A DNA stretch of 64,000 nt from Eimeria praecox (taxonomy: Eukaryota), in the NCBI GenBank assembly GCA_963920595.1, contig OY986946.1, positions 2,232,001 to 2,296,000 of the forward strand, in the 5' to 3' direction. Below are positions 13,275-24,718 of this stretch, in pieces. Made by a program: the position numbers and the translations under genes. The notes under the pieces were generated by a model, which saw only the letters and a program-made list of their open reading frames with translations, ran no database searches and was not told where the DNA came from. Positions within the stretch are counted from its first letter, which is position 1; every line of letters starts with the position of its first letter.

Positions 13275-14654
13275 GTTTGTTTGTTTAATTAATTAATTAA
13301 TTATTTTGTTTAGTTTATTTATTTGTTTATGTATTTGTTTGTTTATTTATTTATTTTTTTGTTTGTTTGTTTATTTGATTATTTGTTTGTTTGTTTGTTT
13401 ATTTGTGTGTTTGTTTGTTTGTTTATGTTTATTTATTTATTGTATATAAGCGCAAGTATAAATACAAATATAAATATTAATACAAACATAAACATAAGTA
13501 TAAATATAAATACAAGCAAAATATTAATATGAATACAAATACAAATAAACTATAAACATAAACATAAATATTTATTTTAAATACAAATAAAATATAAATA
13601 AAATATAAATAAAATATAAATAAAATACAAATAAAATACAAATAAATATAAGTAAAGTATAAATAAAATATAAACATAAATATAAATATTTATAAAAAAT
13701 AATTTTATGTTTCATCTACCTAATTATATGTTTTCTTTTTTTAATTTTTTCTTTTTTTATTTTTTTGTTTTTTTAATTTTGTATTTAGTTTGTTTTTTTT
13801 TCCTTGTTTTTCTTTTATTTACTTCTATTAAAATATATTTACTAGTATTTAATTATATTAATTATATTAATTATATTTTGTTTTTTTTTATGTATAGGAC
13901 GGCTTATGCGATAATACATTATTTATGTTTTGCTTCTGTATGCCATCCAACTTTATTTTATTTATCTTCTTCTTTAGATATATCTATTTTTTGTTGTTTT
14001 ATTATTTTAAATAAAAATGCTGATGATGATGTTGTTGAAGAAACACAAAGGGCTATTAGAGCCCTTCATTGGGTAGACCCACCGAGGGTAAGCTAGGGTT
14101 TAGGGTTTAGGGTTTAGGGTTTAGGGTTTAGTGTTTAGGGTTTATTTATATTAGGGTTTACTGCTATTAGGGTTTAGTATTAGGGTTTGCTGCATCGATA
14201 TATTTAGGGTAGGGTTTAGGGTTTAGGGTTTATTAATATTATGGTTTAGTGCTATTAGGGTTTAGTATTAGGGTTTACTGCATCGATACAATTAGGGTTT
14301 ACTACTATTTTAGGGTTTAGGGTTTAGTAGTGTTAGGGTTTACTGTTAGGGTTTACAGTTAGGGTTTATGATTGTTTTCTTATTGTTTCTTAGAGTTTAT
14401 TATTGTTTAGTTTACTTTCTTATCGTTTATTATTGTTTATTATTGTTTGTTAGGGTTTAGGGGTTCGTGTATATATATATATGTATATACAGAGGGAGAG
14501 AGATGTTTTTCTCTGTTTTTTTGTATATTTGTGTGCTCGTTTGTTTATATATCTTCTATTTTATTGTTTTGTTTGTTTTTCTTTTTTTATATATTCAGGT
14601 TTCTCTTAAATGCCGCGCAGCAGTCGCTGTAGCAACTTTGCTGCAGCAGCAAAC

Positions 14655-14688
<34 letters not shown>

Positions 14689-14771
14689 GTTAATGCTGAG
14701 GTGTCTAGACAGCTGAATTGCTTAGTTCAAGGAAGCTCGTTTTTAAATGGTTTTAAGTATTCTTCTCAGTA

Positions 14772-14816
<45 letters not shown>

Positions 14817-15024
14817 GCTGAGGTGTCTAGACACCTCATCATATGCCATATGGAGAGATATTTGTGTAAATCTAAACATTAATAAAATAAAAGAGTTAGA
14901 ATATTTATTTAAATTAGAATTATTTGCTGCAGCAATAACAGTTAACTCGGCTGCTATAGCTAAATGTCTTAGTGATTTTACTACTACACAGCTTATTAGG
15001 GCTGCCAGCGCGTCAAGGTCTTAA
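4462..15024 (+). CDS. TTI1: TELO2-interacting protein 1 (TTT co-chaperone subunit)-like HEAT protein, heavily expanded by poly-Q/A/S
   Basis: Exons 4462-6432, 7278-11207, 11538-11604, 11926-11974, 12999-13094, 13898-14087 and 14599-15024 are phase-consistent. The spliced C-terminus LLARVRLHLQDRN...LLPAIHE|IWPSLL...HFIRDR|VCKNVFP...EAYK...LHWVDP parallels recalled human TTI1 (ERCIHLLSDKN...LLPLAHQAWPSLV...DFLRSRFCKDVLP...LAFK...LMKVDP). LLFCLLEISG resembles LYPVLEKAG. Intron 1 needs a GC donor. Confidence 0.8.
6439..6487. repeat. Interstitial telomere-like heptamer (AAACCCT)n
   Basis: About 7 copies immediately after TTI1 exon 1. Confidence 0.95.
11870..12063. repeat. Two (TTTAGGG)n tracts flanking TTI1 exon 4
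   Basis: Tracts at 11870-11913 and 11993-12063 on either side of exon 11926-11974. Confidence 0.95.
14093..14462. repeat. Degenerate (TTTAGGG)n tract in TTI1 intron 6
   Basis: TAGGGTTT units interspersed with AT-rich variants, starting just after the GTAAG donor. Confidence 0.9.
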
Positions 15025-15034
15025 AATAATTTGC

Positions 15035-15265
15035 TAGGGTTTGATAGGGTTTGATAGGGTTTGATAGGGTTTGATAGGGTTTATGAGGGTTTAGGGTTTA
15101 GGATTATGAGGGGTTTATGAAGGGGTTTATGAGGGGGTTTATGAGGAAGGGATAGTAGGGTGTTGTAGGGTTTGTTAGGGTTTATATGAGGGTTTATGAC
15201 GGTTGTTAGGGTTAGGGTTTGTTAGGGTTTAGGGTTTATTAGGGTTTATTAGGGTTTAGGGTTTA
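15035..15265. repeat. Variant telomere-like repeats (TTTGATAGGG, TTTATGAGGG, TTTATTAGGG) just 3' of the TTI1 stop
   Basis: Directly visible 10-11-bp derivatives of TTTAGGG. Confidence 0.85.
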
Positions 15266-15653
15266 TTGATAAAGACAGATTCTGGCAGATGCTGCCATTC
15301 TGTTGTTTTTGTTTCTACTTCGAACTTTCTGTTTTTATTTTATTTTATTTTGTTTTATTTTATTTTATTTTACTTTATTTAGTTTCATATTATTTTACCT
15401 GATTTTATTTATTCTAATTTTATTTTTTTTATTTAGCTTAGTTTAATTAAATTATATTAAATTTAATTAAATTTAGTTTAATTAAATTTAACTTAATTTA
15501 ATTTTATATTAATTTAATTTGATTTAGTTAGTTGTTGTTTTTCTCTCCATACTTCATAGAGAAGAAACAGATAGATATGATAAAGAAACACAAAAGCTCT
15601 GCTGCTGTTGCTGCTGCTGCTGCTGCTACGATTGCTGCTGCTGCTGCTGTTAT

Positions 15654-15685
<32 letters not shown>

Positions 15686-16028
15686 TTATTGCTGCTGCTG
15701 CTACTGCTGCTGTCTCTGTAGCAAATTTGCCTCTCTAACAACTAAGTCAAGACATTAATTTTAAATAATATTATATTGGAGCTGCCTATACACTCGAACA
15801 AAGACTGTCTAGGGTACAGACAAAGATAACAGATAAATAATTGTTTGTAAACTAACAAAGTTAGAAAGAATAGGATTAAAATTATTTATGTATAAAAAGA
15901 AAGAAAGGTGTACATACACCTCAGCAAGCAACCTAAAAACACAAAAGACAGAGTATATGTTTTCTTTTCTATATTTTTTATCTTTTCTTTTTAAATTTGT
16001 TTTTCTGTTGTTTTGTATTTAAGAACTC

Positions 16029-17523
16029 CTAATGCAGCAGCTGCTGCATTCTCTCTACTCCTGCGACAAACAAATAAAAAGATAAAGAAGAAAATAAACA
16101 AACAAACAAACAAACAAACAAACAAACAAAAACGAAAAAAGAAACAAAAAAAGAAAGAAAGAAAACAATATTAACAAGCAACAACAAACAAAAACAAAAT
16201 AGATAGATATAAAATAAACAAGGGATAAAATAAATAAATATTAAAAATATTAAAACAAAGTAAACAAAGAAAAACTAAATAAATATAAAATAAAGAAAAA
16301 AGAGAAAGACAAGCAAAAACAAAGACAACTATATATCAAACAAAAACAGAAGACAACAAAGACACAAAATAAATAAATAAATAGATAAAATAAATAAATA
16401 AATAAGCAAATAAATAAGTAAATAAAGGAATAAATAAATAGCTAAATAAAGAGAATAGTAGACAAAAAAATAAACAAACAAATAAATAAACAAATATAGT
16501 AGATAAACAAACAAACAAACAAATAAACAAATAAATAAACAAATAAACAGAATAAATAAACAAATAGCAAAAATATAAAACAAACAAAAACAAAAAAATA
16601 AAATTATAATTTTCTTACCTCCTAAATTTTCGAGGAGTTCTTCGTAAAACTTCGCTAACTTTTCGTCACCCTGCAAGAAAACAAAATTAAATTAATTAAA
16701 TTAAATTAATTAAATTAAATTAATTAAATTAGATCAAATTAGTTAAATTAAATCTAAGTAATAAGAATAGAATAAAAATAAAACAGAGATAAGATAAAAT
16801 AAGAATAAAACAAACAATTAGAATAAAACATAAAAACAAACAAAAACACAAACACGAAAATAAGAAGACAAAGCAAAACATAAAAAAAACATAAAAAACA
16901 AACAAAGAAAAAGGAAGATAAAATAAATAAAATAAAAAATAAAATAAAATAAAATAAAATAAAACAAAATAAAATACACAAACGAAAGAGAGCAACAAAA
17001 AAATGAAAACAAACAAACAAAGAAAGAAGAAGGATAAAATAAAATAAAATAAAATAAAATAAAATAAAATAAAATAAAAATAAAGTAAAATCAACAAGCG
17101 AAAAACAACAACAAAAGACAAAACAAAAACATAAAAACAAACAAACAATAAAATAAAATAAATAAAATAAACAAACGAAAGACAGCAACAAAAGACGAAA
17201 CAAAAACATAAAAACAAACAAAAAAATTAAAAAAATAAAATAAAATAAATAAAATAAACAAACACTCTACTCATAGAAGAAGAAAAGAAACGTTAAAGCT
17301 TTAAGCCTAAACCCTAAACCCTAAACCCTAAACCCTAAACCTAAAACCAAACAAAAAAATAAAAAAAATAAAGATAGAATAAAATAAATAAAATAAACAC
17401 ACAGTTTTTTCATAGAAGAAGAAAAGAAATGTTAAAGCTTTCAGTACTGTCTCCGGGGCTCTGTTAAGAGCAGCAGATATAACCCAGGGGTTTGATATCT
17501 GCATGCACAGCAGCAGCAGCAGC

Positions 17524-17562
<39 letters not shown>

Positions 17563-17568
17563 GGCAGT

Positions 17569-17599
<31 letters not shown>

Positions 17600-17677
17600 A
17601 ATATTTGCATCTTCTTTTATTTCTTCTCCCGTCTTATTCTTTGTTGTCTTTGCTTCCTCTTTTGCTTCTCGATCTAA

Positions 17678-17711
<34 letters not shown>

Positions 17712-17910
17712 CGTCTTGTTGGCTGCTGCCTTTCTCTTTCCTATCCTCTCTCTCTTCTACTAAGCCCTAAACCCTAAACCCTAAACCCTAAGCCCTAAAC
17801 CTTAAATATCTAACAGGCCAGCGAAGCTGCTCCATCTCCATCAGCAGCAACAGCAGCACCAACAGCAGCAGCAACGCCAGCAGCAGCAACAGAAGCAGCA
17901 ACAGCAGCAA

Positions 17911-17942
<32 letters not shown>

Positions 17943-18257
17943 GGATTAGTATTTATAAATATACATTGCCTTTGCAAAACTGTGAAAGAAGAGGAGAAGA
18001 GTTTGAATACTTCGCTCCTAAACTTTCCTTGAAAAAACTAAAAAAAAATAAAATAAAAACAAAAGCAAATAAAATAAAATAAATAAAATTAAAATAAACA
18101 TAAACATGAAAGAGTATGAATGCATGCACTCGAAGAAAGTAACACGAGAGAAAAAAAAAGAAAAACAGAAAAAAGAAGAAAGAGAGAGAAAGAAGATATG
18201 AGCAAGATAGCAGCAAGAAGACAGTTTACAAATAAATATATGTATTAAAAATAAATA

Positions 18258-18317
<60 letters not shown>

Positions 18318-18447
18318 AATAAAGAAGAAATAAAAATAAATAAAAATAAATAAAAATAAAAATATTAACAAGTCTTGCCTCTCTAATAAACGCTCAGCCC
18401 AAACAGCCGCTGTTAAAGAACCCTTCTCCCCATCCACTCGAAGCCTC

Positions 18448-18482
<35 letters not shown>

Positions 18483-18845
18483 GAGTAGAAGCAGAGATAG
18501 ATGCAGCAGCAGCAAGAGTAGAAGCAGGGATAGATGCAGCAGCAGCAGCAGTGGCAGCAGCAGCAGCAACACAAGCAACAGCAACAGACAACTCCAGCAG
18601 CAGCAGCAGCAGCAACAGAAGCACTAGTACTGGCAGCAGCAGCAGTAGCAGCAGCAACACAAGCAACAGAAGAAACAAAACAAACTGCAGCAGCAGCAGC
18701 AGCAACAGCAACAGCAGCAGCAACAGCAACAGCAGCAGCAACAGAAGCAGCAGCAGCAGCAGCAACAGCAGCAAAGCATCAAATACCATCGCGCATGCAA
18801 AGCACTCCGCCGCAGATTCCATAGAATGGGAGAGCAGCCAACACT

Positions 18846-18877
<32 letters not shown>

Positions 18878-20185
18878 ACGATAAAGTAGCAGAAAATAAT
18901 AAATAAATAAAATCTAGAGAAGCAGCAAAATGTTTAGATGTGTTGTATACTAAACAAACAAACAACAAAAACAGACCAGCTCTCCCTTCCTTCTCAAACC
19001 CTAAACCCTAAACCCTACACCCTAAACCCTAAACCCTAAACCCTAAACCCTAAACCCTAAACCCTAGCAGCTTCAACTAACTCTTTCAAAACTTTTTAAA
19101 GCAGCAGAATGTTTACTTCTCTGCTTCTCCGCAGTCCCCAAATGCCACCAAGTTGTCGCCAAGTCAGGCCTGCAAACAAACCCTAAACCCTAAACCCTAA
19201 ACCCTAAACCCTAAACCCTAAACCCTAGACCAGAAACCCTAAGACGTCGAGTCTGATAAAGTCTGAGGCTTCTCCTCTTCACCTCAATCTGAGCAGCTTA
19301 AACCCTAAACCCTAATTCTTCCTACTAAACCCTACAGCACTTCATCAAACCCTACTGACGCCTTACTAACCCTAAACCCTAAACCCTAAACCCTAAACCC
19401 TAAACCCTAAGTCCTCCTAAGCCCCCGTAAACCCTCCTAAACCCTCTTTAAACCCTCTTTAAACCCTACAGAGCCCTTATTACCCTCTCTTAAACCCTTG
19501 TAAACCCTAAACCCTAAACCCTAAACCCTAAACCCTAAACCCTTGCCTGCATTTGACAGCAGCTGCGTAGAGTCGTTCTGCTGCAGCCCAGTTATGCAGC
19601 AACGCCTGTGTCTGTCCTCCTCCTAAATGTGCTGCTGCTGCTGCAGGTGCTGCTGCTGCTGCAGCAGCAAAAGCCTTAGCAGCTGATAGCAAATCTCCCA
19701 TCTCCAAATACGCAGACCCGAGCTGCGTCCAACCCTCCGCAGCCCTGAAACACAAACCCTAAACCCTAAACCCTAAACCCTAGACCCTAAACCCTAGACC
19801 CTAGACCCTAAACCCTAGACCCCAAACCCTAAACCCTAAACCCTAAACCCTAAAATTCTCTAAGTCCGGAACTCCCTAAACCCTAAACCTCTCAAATCCT
19901 AATCCCTAGCCCTGAACCCTACGGCCTAACCGTAAACCCTAAACCCTAAACCCTAAACCCTAGGTATTGCTTCTAGTGTCTGACGTCGGGTTTAGAGCTG
20001 TAGCTGCATGCAAGACTTCTACAGCATCCTCGAGGGCTCCGTTGAGTCGAGCTTGCTGTCCATACACCTGAAATGTGCAGTACGCCGTGGGAGCAACAGC
20101 TTGACACTGCAGCAGAAACAACAAAGTAATAAAAAAACAATTATATATATCTATATCTATATCTATATCTATATATCTATATATC

Positions 20186-20236
<51 letters not shown>

Positions 20237-20437
20237 CGCATGATATAACTAACATCAGTTTGTTTACACAGTAATATACTAATAACTTGTTAATATACTA
20301 GAAGCTCGTTAAAACAAAGACTACATGAAAGAAATCGTAAAGAAATACAAGCAAAACACGCAAACAGAAGAGAGACTGAAGCAGCAATCGCCCGCCATAC
20401 AACTAGGGTTTAGGGTTTAGGGTTTGATTAGGGTTTA

Positions 20438-20501
<64 letters not shown>

Positions 20502-21874
20502 ATATATTCATACATTCTCTGCAAGTCTCTTAACACCTTCTCTATCATTTTGCTGACAAAGAAGACGAGCGTAATCTCCAACAAAATCCAAACGCGAAGG
20601 ATGCCTGAAAAACAAAACCTCAATGCATGCATGCATGCATGCATAATCAATACATAATCAATACACGCATGCATGCATGCATGCATGCATGCATGCATGC
20701 ATGCATAATCAATACATGCATGCATACATAATCAATGCATGCATGCATGCACAAACATATATACACACATACATACTAAATCTATGCATGCATGCATGCA
20801 TGCATGCATGCATACAGAATCAATGCATGCATGCATACAGAATTAATGCATGCATGCATGCATGCATATATACATACATACATACATACATACATACTAA
20901 ATCGATGCATGCATGCATGCATGCATGCATGCAATGAGGGTTTCTTACAGTTGGTGATGATGTTGAAATAACGTTAAAGCCGTTTCGCTTTCACCTAACT
21001 CGTAGGCACACTTGGCTAGCTGAAGAAAATAAATAAAATAAATAAATATAATAAATATATTAATATAATTAATAAATAAATATAATAATACAGTAAATAA
21101 ATAAAAAAATAGAGATAAAAAAATACATAAATAAACATAATGGATAAATATAATGAACAAGTAAATATAATAAATAAATATAATAAATAAATAAATAAAT
21201 AAATAAATGGAAACAAAATAAATAGATAAATCAACATAATAGAGAAATATAATAAGTAAATAAATATAATAAATAAATACAATAAATAAAACAAATATCA
21301 AATGAAGAAAGAAAATAAGTAAGACAAGTAGATAAATAAATTAGATAAGCGACTAAACACATAAATGTATAAATAAAAATAAAATCGAAAAGACAAAAAA
21401 ATTAAAATAAAAAGATAAATACAACAAACAAACAAACTACCCTAAAGAGAATAAAATATAAACAGGCAAAACAAACAAACAAACAAATAAAAAAATAAAC
21501 AAACAAACAAACTAACGCAACAAACAAACAAAACGAAACAAACAAAACAAAGAAACAAATAAATATACAAACAAAACAAACAAAACAAACAAAACAAACA
21601 AACAAACAAACAAAACAAACAAATAAACAAACAAACAAATTCAGTTTCTACATACATGAGACAAAAGAAAAGGAGAATTAGGGAAGATAAGAAGAAGTTG
21701 TGTTATATTCTGAACAGCTTTAGTAAAATTATTTGTTTTCAAACAAAACAAAGAAAAATACAGCTGTCCATACACCCCAGAATGGGAGACGCCTAATGTC
21801 TCTAGAAATTCATTGCAATTCATTTTTAATAATTCTTCAGGAAATAATAAATTTAAACGCGGCTGCAAACAAAT

Positions 21875-21947
<73 letters not shown>

Positions 21948-22505
21948 AATACACTTCATAAACCCTAAACCCTAAACCCTAATTATTAAACCCTAAATCC
22001 TAAACCCTAAGCCCTAAACATTACACCCTAACCCCTAAACCCTAACGCCATAGGCACCGCAGGATACGAAGGCTCTAGGGTTTAGGGTATAAGGTTCACG
22101 AATGGATATATTAAACACAGCATCTCAGCGCCCAGAAACCCTAAACCCTAAACCCTAAGCCCTAAACCCTAAACCCTAAACCCTAAACCCCTGAATCGTA
22201 CGGCTGTGAAATCGTTGTGGCTTCCCTCCGCAGCAGGGGTTGTGATGCCTGCTGCTCTTGCTGTAGCTGATGCTTCTTCTGCCTCCGCTTCTGCTGCTAT
22301 TGCTGCTGCTGCTGCTTCTGCTGCTGCTGAAATCACGCACTTACCCCATACATCTTCCTCCCCAGGCTGCTGCTGCTGCTGCTGCTGCTGTGCACCATTA
22401 ATGCTGCAGCTGCTGCTGCTGCTGCTGCTGCTGGCCTCGTTATAAGGAATGCCCTCGTCGCATGCGAGTTGCATATCCGTTTGCATTGCCTGCTGCTGCT
22501 GTTGT

Positions 22506-22537
<32 letters not shown>

Positions 22538-24718
22538 CTGGAGTGAGCTCCCTTGATTGCTTCTGAGGCCTTCAGGTGTATACGCTGCAGCATCAGCGGC
22601 TGCTGCAGAAGCTTGTGAGACGTCAGGTGTATCTATACTACCTTCTGCAACAGAAGCAGCAGCAGCAGCTGCTGCTGCTGCTGCTGCTGTTGCTGCTGCA
22701 GTGTCTGGCTTAGACCAGGGCAGAGGACTGTTGCACTGCCCAGCAGCAAATACTTGTGCTGCTAATACTTCTGTTAGATCCTCCCATGCTGCAGCAAAAG
22801 ACGGACAGCTGCGTATACACTCCAGCAAGGCTGCTATAGCCTCCGAAGGACGCTGTTGGGCTGCAGCAACAACAGAAACACCAGCAGCAGCAGCACCAGC
22901 AGCAGCAACAGCAGCAGCAACAGCAGCAGCAACAGCAGCAGCAACAATACAAAGGGAGCATCATGCAGGTCTTCCTGCTCACGCAACGAACCCGCTCGCA
23001 GCAGCAGCAGCAGCAGCAGCAGCAAACCCTGTTGCTGAACCCACAGACTTAACAAGGGCTGCTGCAGCAGCTGCATGAGTAGCTTCAATAGTCCTCATAT
23101 TCTAAACCCTAGACCCTAAACCCTAAACCCTAAACCCTAACCGCAAGCTATTGAACGAAACTCTTAAGTGCACACCCTAAAGCCTGCCCGGTGAAGGCCA
23201 AACCCTAAACCCTAAACCCTAGAACCCTAAACCCTAAACCCTAAGCCCTAAATTACCTCGCCTTACAGACGCCAGCAGCCAACAGCAGAAGGCATCGAGT
23301 CGGTGCTGCTGAGCTAAACCCTCGAGGACTTCGCCAGCCCTCAGGAGGGAGGTTTGTAAAGCCCCATCTTTTAACCCCGAGACGATGTTCTATACAAACA
23401 CAAACCCTAAACCCTAAACCCTAAACCCTAAACCCTTGTAGCCCTTGTAGCCCTTGGGATACAGCTGTTTTGTTGCCTCAGGTGTACAGACAGTCAAATG
23501 CATGCATGCATTTGCGATTTCCCTCACAATAAAATATGTAATACAAAATAAACAAGAAAACAGAAACATCAAACCCCAAACCACCGTAAACCCTAAACCC
23601 CAAAGCGGTAGGCTAAGGAGGATTTGGGGTGTACGTACATGGGTTCGCTTTCCTACAGCAACAAGATGTGTTGCTTTTGTTTGTTGTTTACTTAATTCCA
23701 AACATAGTTGAAAAAACAATAATAATGGAGGAGAGGCTTCTGTTTCTTCTCTGTACAACCACAAAGAATACATGCATGCATGCATTCTTTGTTTTATTTG
23801 TTTGTTTTATTCTGTAGATGTGTTTGCTCTTCTTGAATTTGTTTTAATTTTGTGATAGATCAACTACAGACCCTTGTAATACTGCAGAGCATCTTATTAT
23901 ATTTTCTACTTAATATAATTATTTCTATTATCCTAGTAGTATTATCTGCTAGCAATTATAGAAGCTGCTACTCATACTAAAAAAGATAGAGTTCGCTACA
24001 GACTCTCAATGCATGCATGCAGCTAACACCATCACAAAACACAATCTATTCACCTAGAACCCAAGTCGTGCACTCCCCTCACTAAACCCTAAACCCTAAA
24101 CCCTAGAACCCTAAACCCTAAACCCTAAACCCTAGCTTACAAGTGATTACATTCGCTGCAGTTTTCGGGGTAAACCCCGAAGAAATCTCCCCGACGCAGT
24201 AATGAAGATAAGTATAAAGCCTTCTGTATGTAAGACAATCGAATCACAGCACAAGGTCTGGGGGACTAACACTACAGTGTTATATATATATATATATATA
24301 TATATGCCTTATCTGCATGTATTTGAGTGTATGTATGCTACAGGGTATGATAGGATTTGCACTGAACTCCATCGAACTCACCGGCAAGCAGCAGGAGGGA
24401 ATATCATTAAATTCGTCTTTTTCTGCTGCAGCTGTTTTAAATGCTTCATTAATAACTTTCTTATCTTTTGCAAATGCAAGAAATTCGCGTAAACTGAAAA
24501 CACAGGAGTCATGTTCATGTTCAAGTATCATACAAGCTTACTATTAAACTAATATTAATAGAAAATTGAACCCCATATTTATTTATTATTTATATAATAT
24601 ATTATATTATTAAAAATGCTCACAAGTCCGCCGTCTCGTTCAGCCCCCGCACTTCACACTGACGCACAGTTCTGAAGCCTTCCAGGGCTTCTTGAAAAGT
24701 AAGCTGGGGGATCTTCAT
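16029..24718 (-). CDS. CDC23: Anaphase-promoting complex subunit 8 (CDC23/APC8)-like TPR protein
   Basis: 18 phase-consistent exons: 24718-24624, 24493-24382, 24223-24141, 23750-23639, 23389-23257, 22860-22202, 21862-21656, 21019-20949, 20604-20514, 20106-19985, 19744-19547, 19169-19082, 18843-18787, 18446-18379, 18037-17965, 17498-17403, 16670-16619, 16060-16029. Colinear matches to recalled CDC23 motifs: CEVRGLNETADF~RERGLLHSSKW; LDAFCCWLLASVRR..EAI..P...AAWEDL~LDGFGLYLYGVVLRK..EAI..P..WGAWLEL; HPSRLDFVGDYARLL~DPYRIENMDTFSNLL; ALNP..GWTQLGSAYLEM~KLNP..AWTLMGHEYMEM; RPDLATTWWHLG~RPNDSRMLVALG. The last five exons and the start codon are less certain. Confidence 0.8.
18996..19962. repeat. Dense cluster of (AAACCCT)n tracts filling CDC23 introns 10-12
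   Basis: Multiple perfect and degenerate tracts between exons 20106-19985, 19744-19547 and 19169-19082, and just beyond the last of these. Confidence 0.95.
20622..20934. repeat. (TGCA)n / TGCATGCA palindromic octamer cluster with (TACA)n
   Basis: Intron between exons 21019-20949 and 20604-20514. TGCATGCA is a known Eimeria/apicomplexan non-coding motif. Confidence 0.95.
21961..24134. repeat. Scattered (AAACCCT)n tracts in the 5' introns of CDC23
   Basis: Tracts near 21961-22045, 22136-22190, 23103-23140, 23200-23252, 23402-23435 and 24083-24134. Confidence 0.9.

Noticed and set aside
22970..23101. Possible extra CDC23 exon after a TTTAG acceptor
   Set aside because: Joining 23257 directly to 22860 restores an ungapped match to CDC23. 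The segment has no phase-compatible open frame from that acceptor.
549..24500. Many ORFs of poly-L/C/S/A or FIYL/IYIY/MHAC type
   Set aside because: These are alternative frames of CAG, TTTA, TA and TGCA microsatellites in introns, or antisense to real exons.
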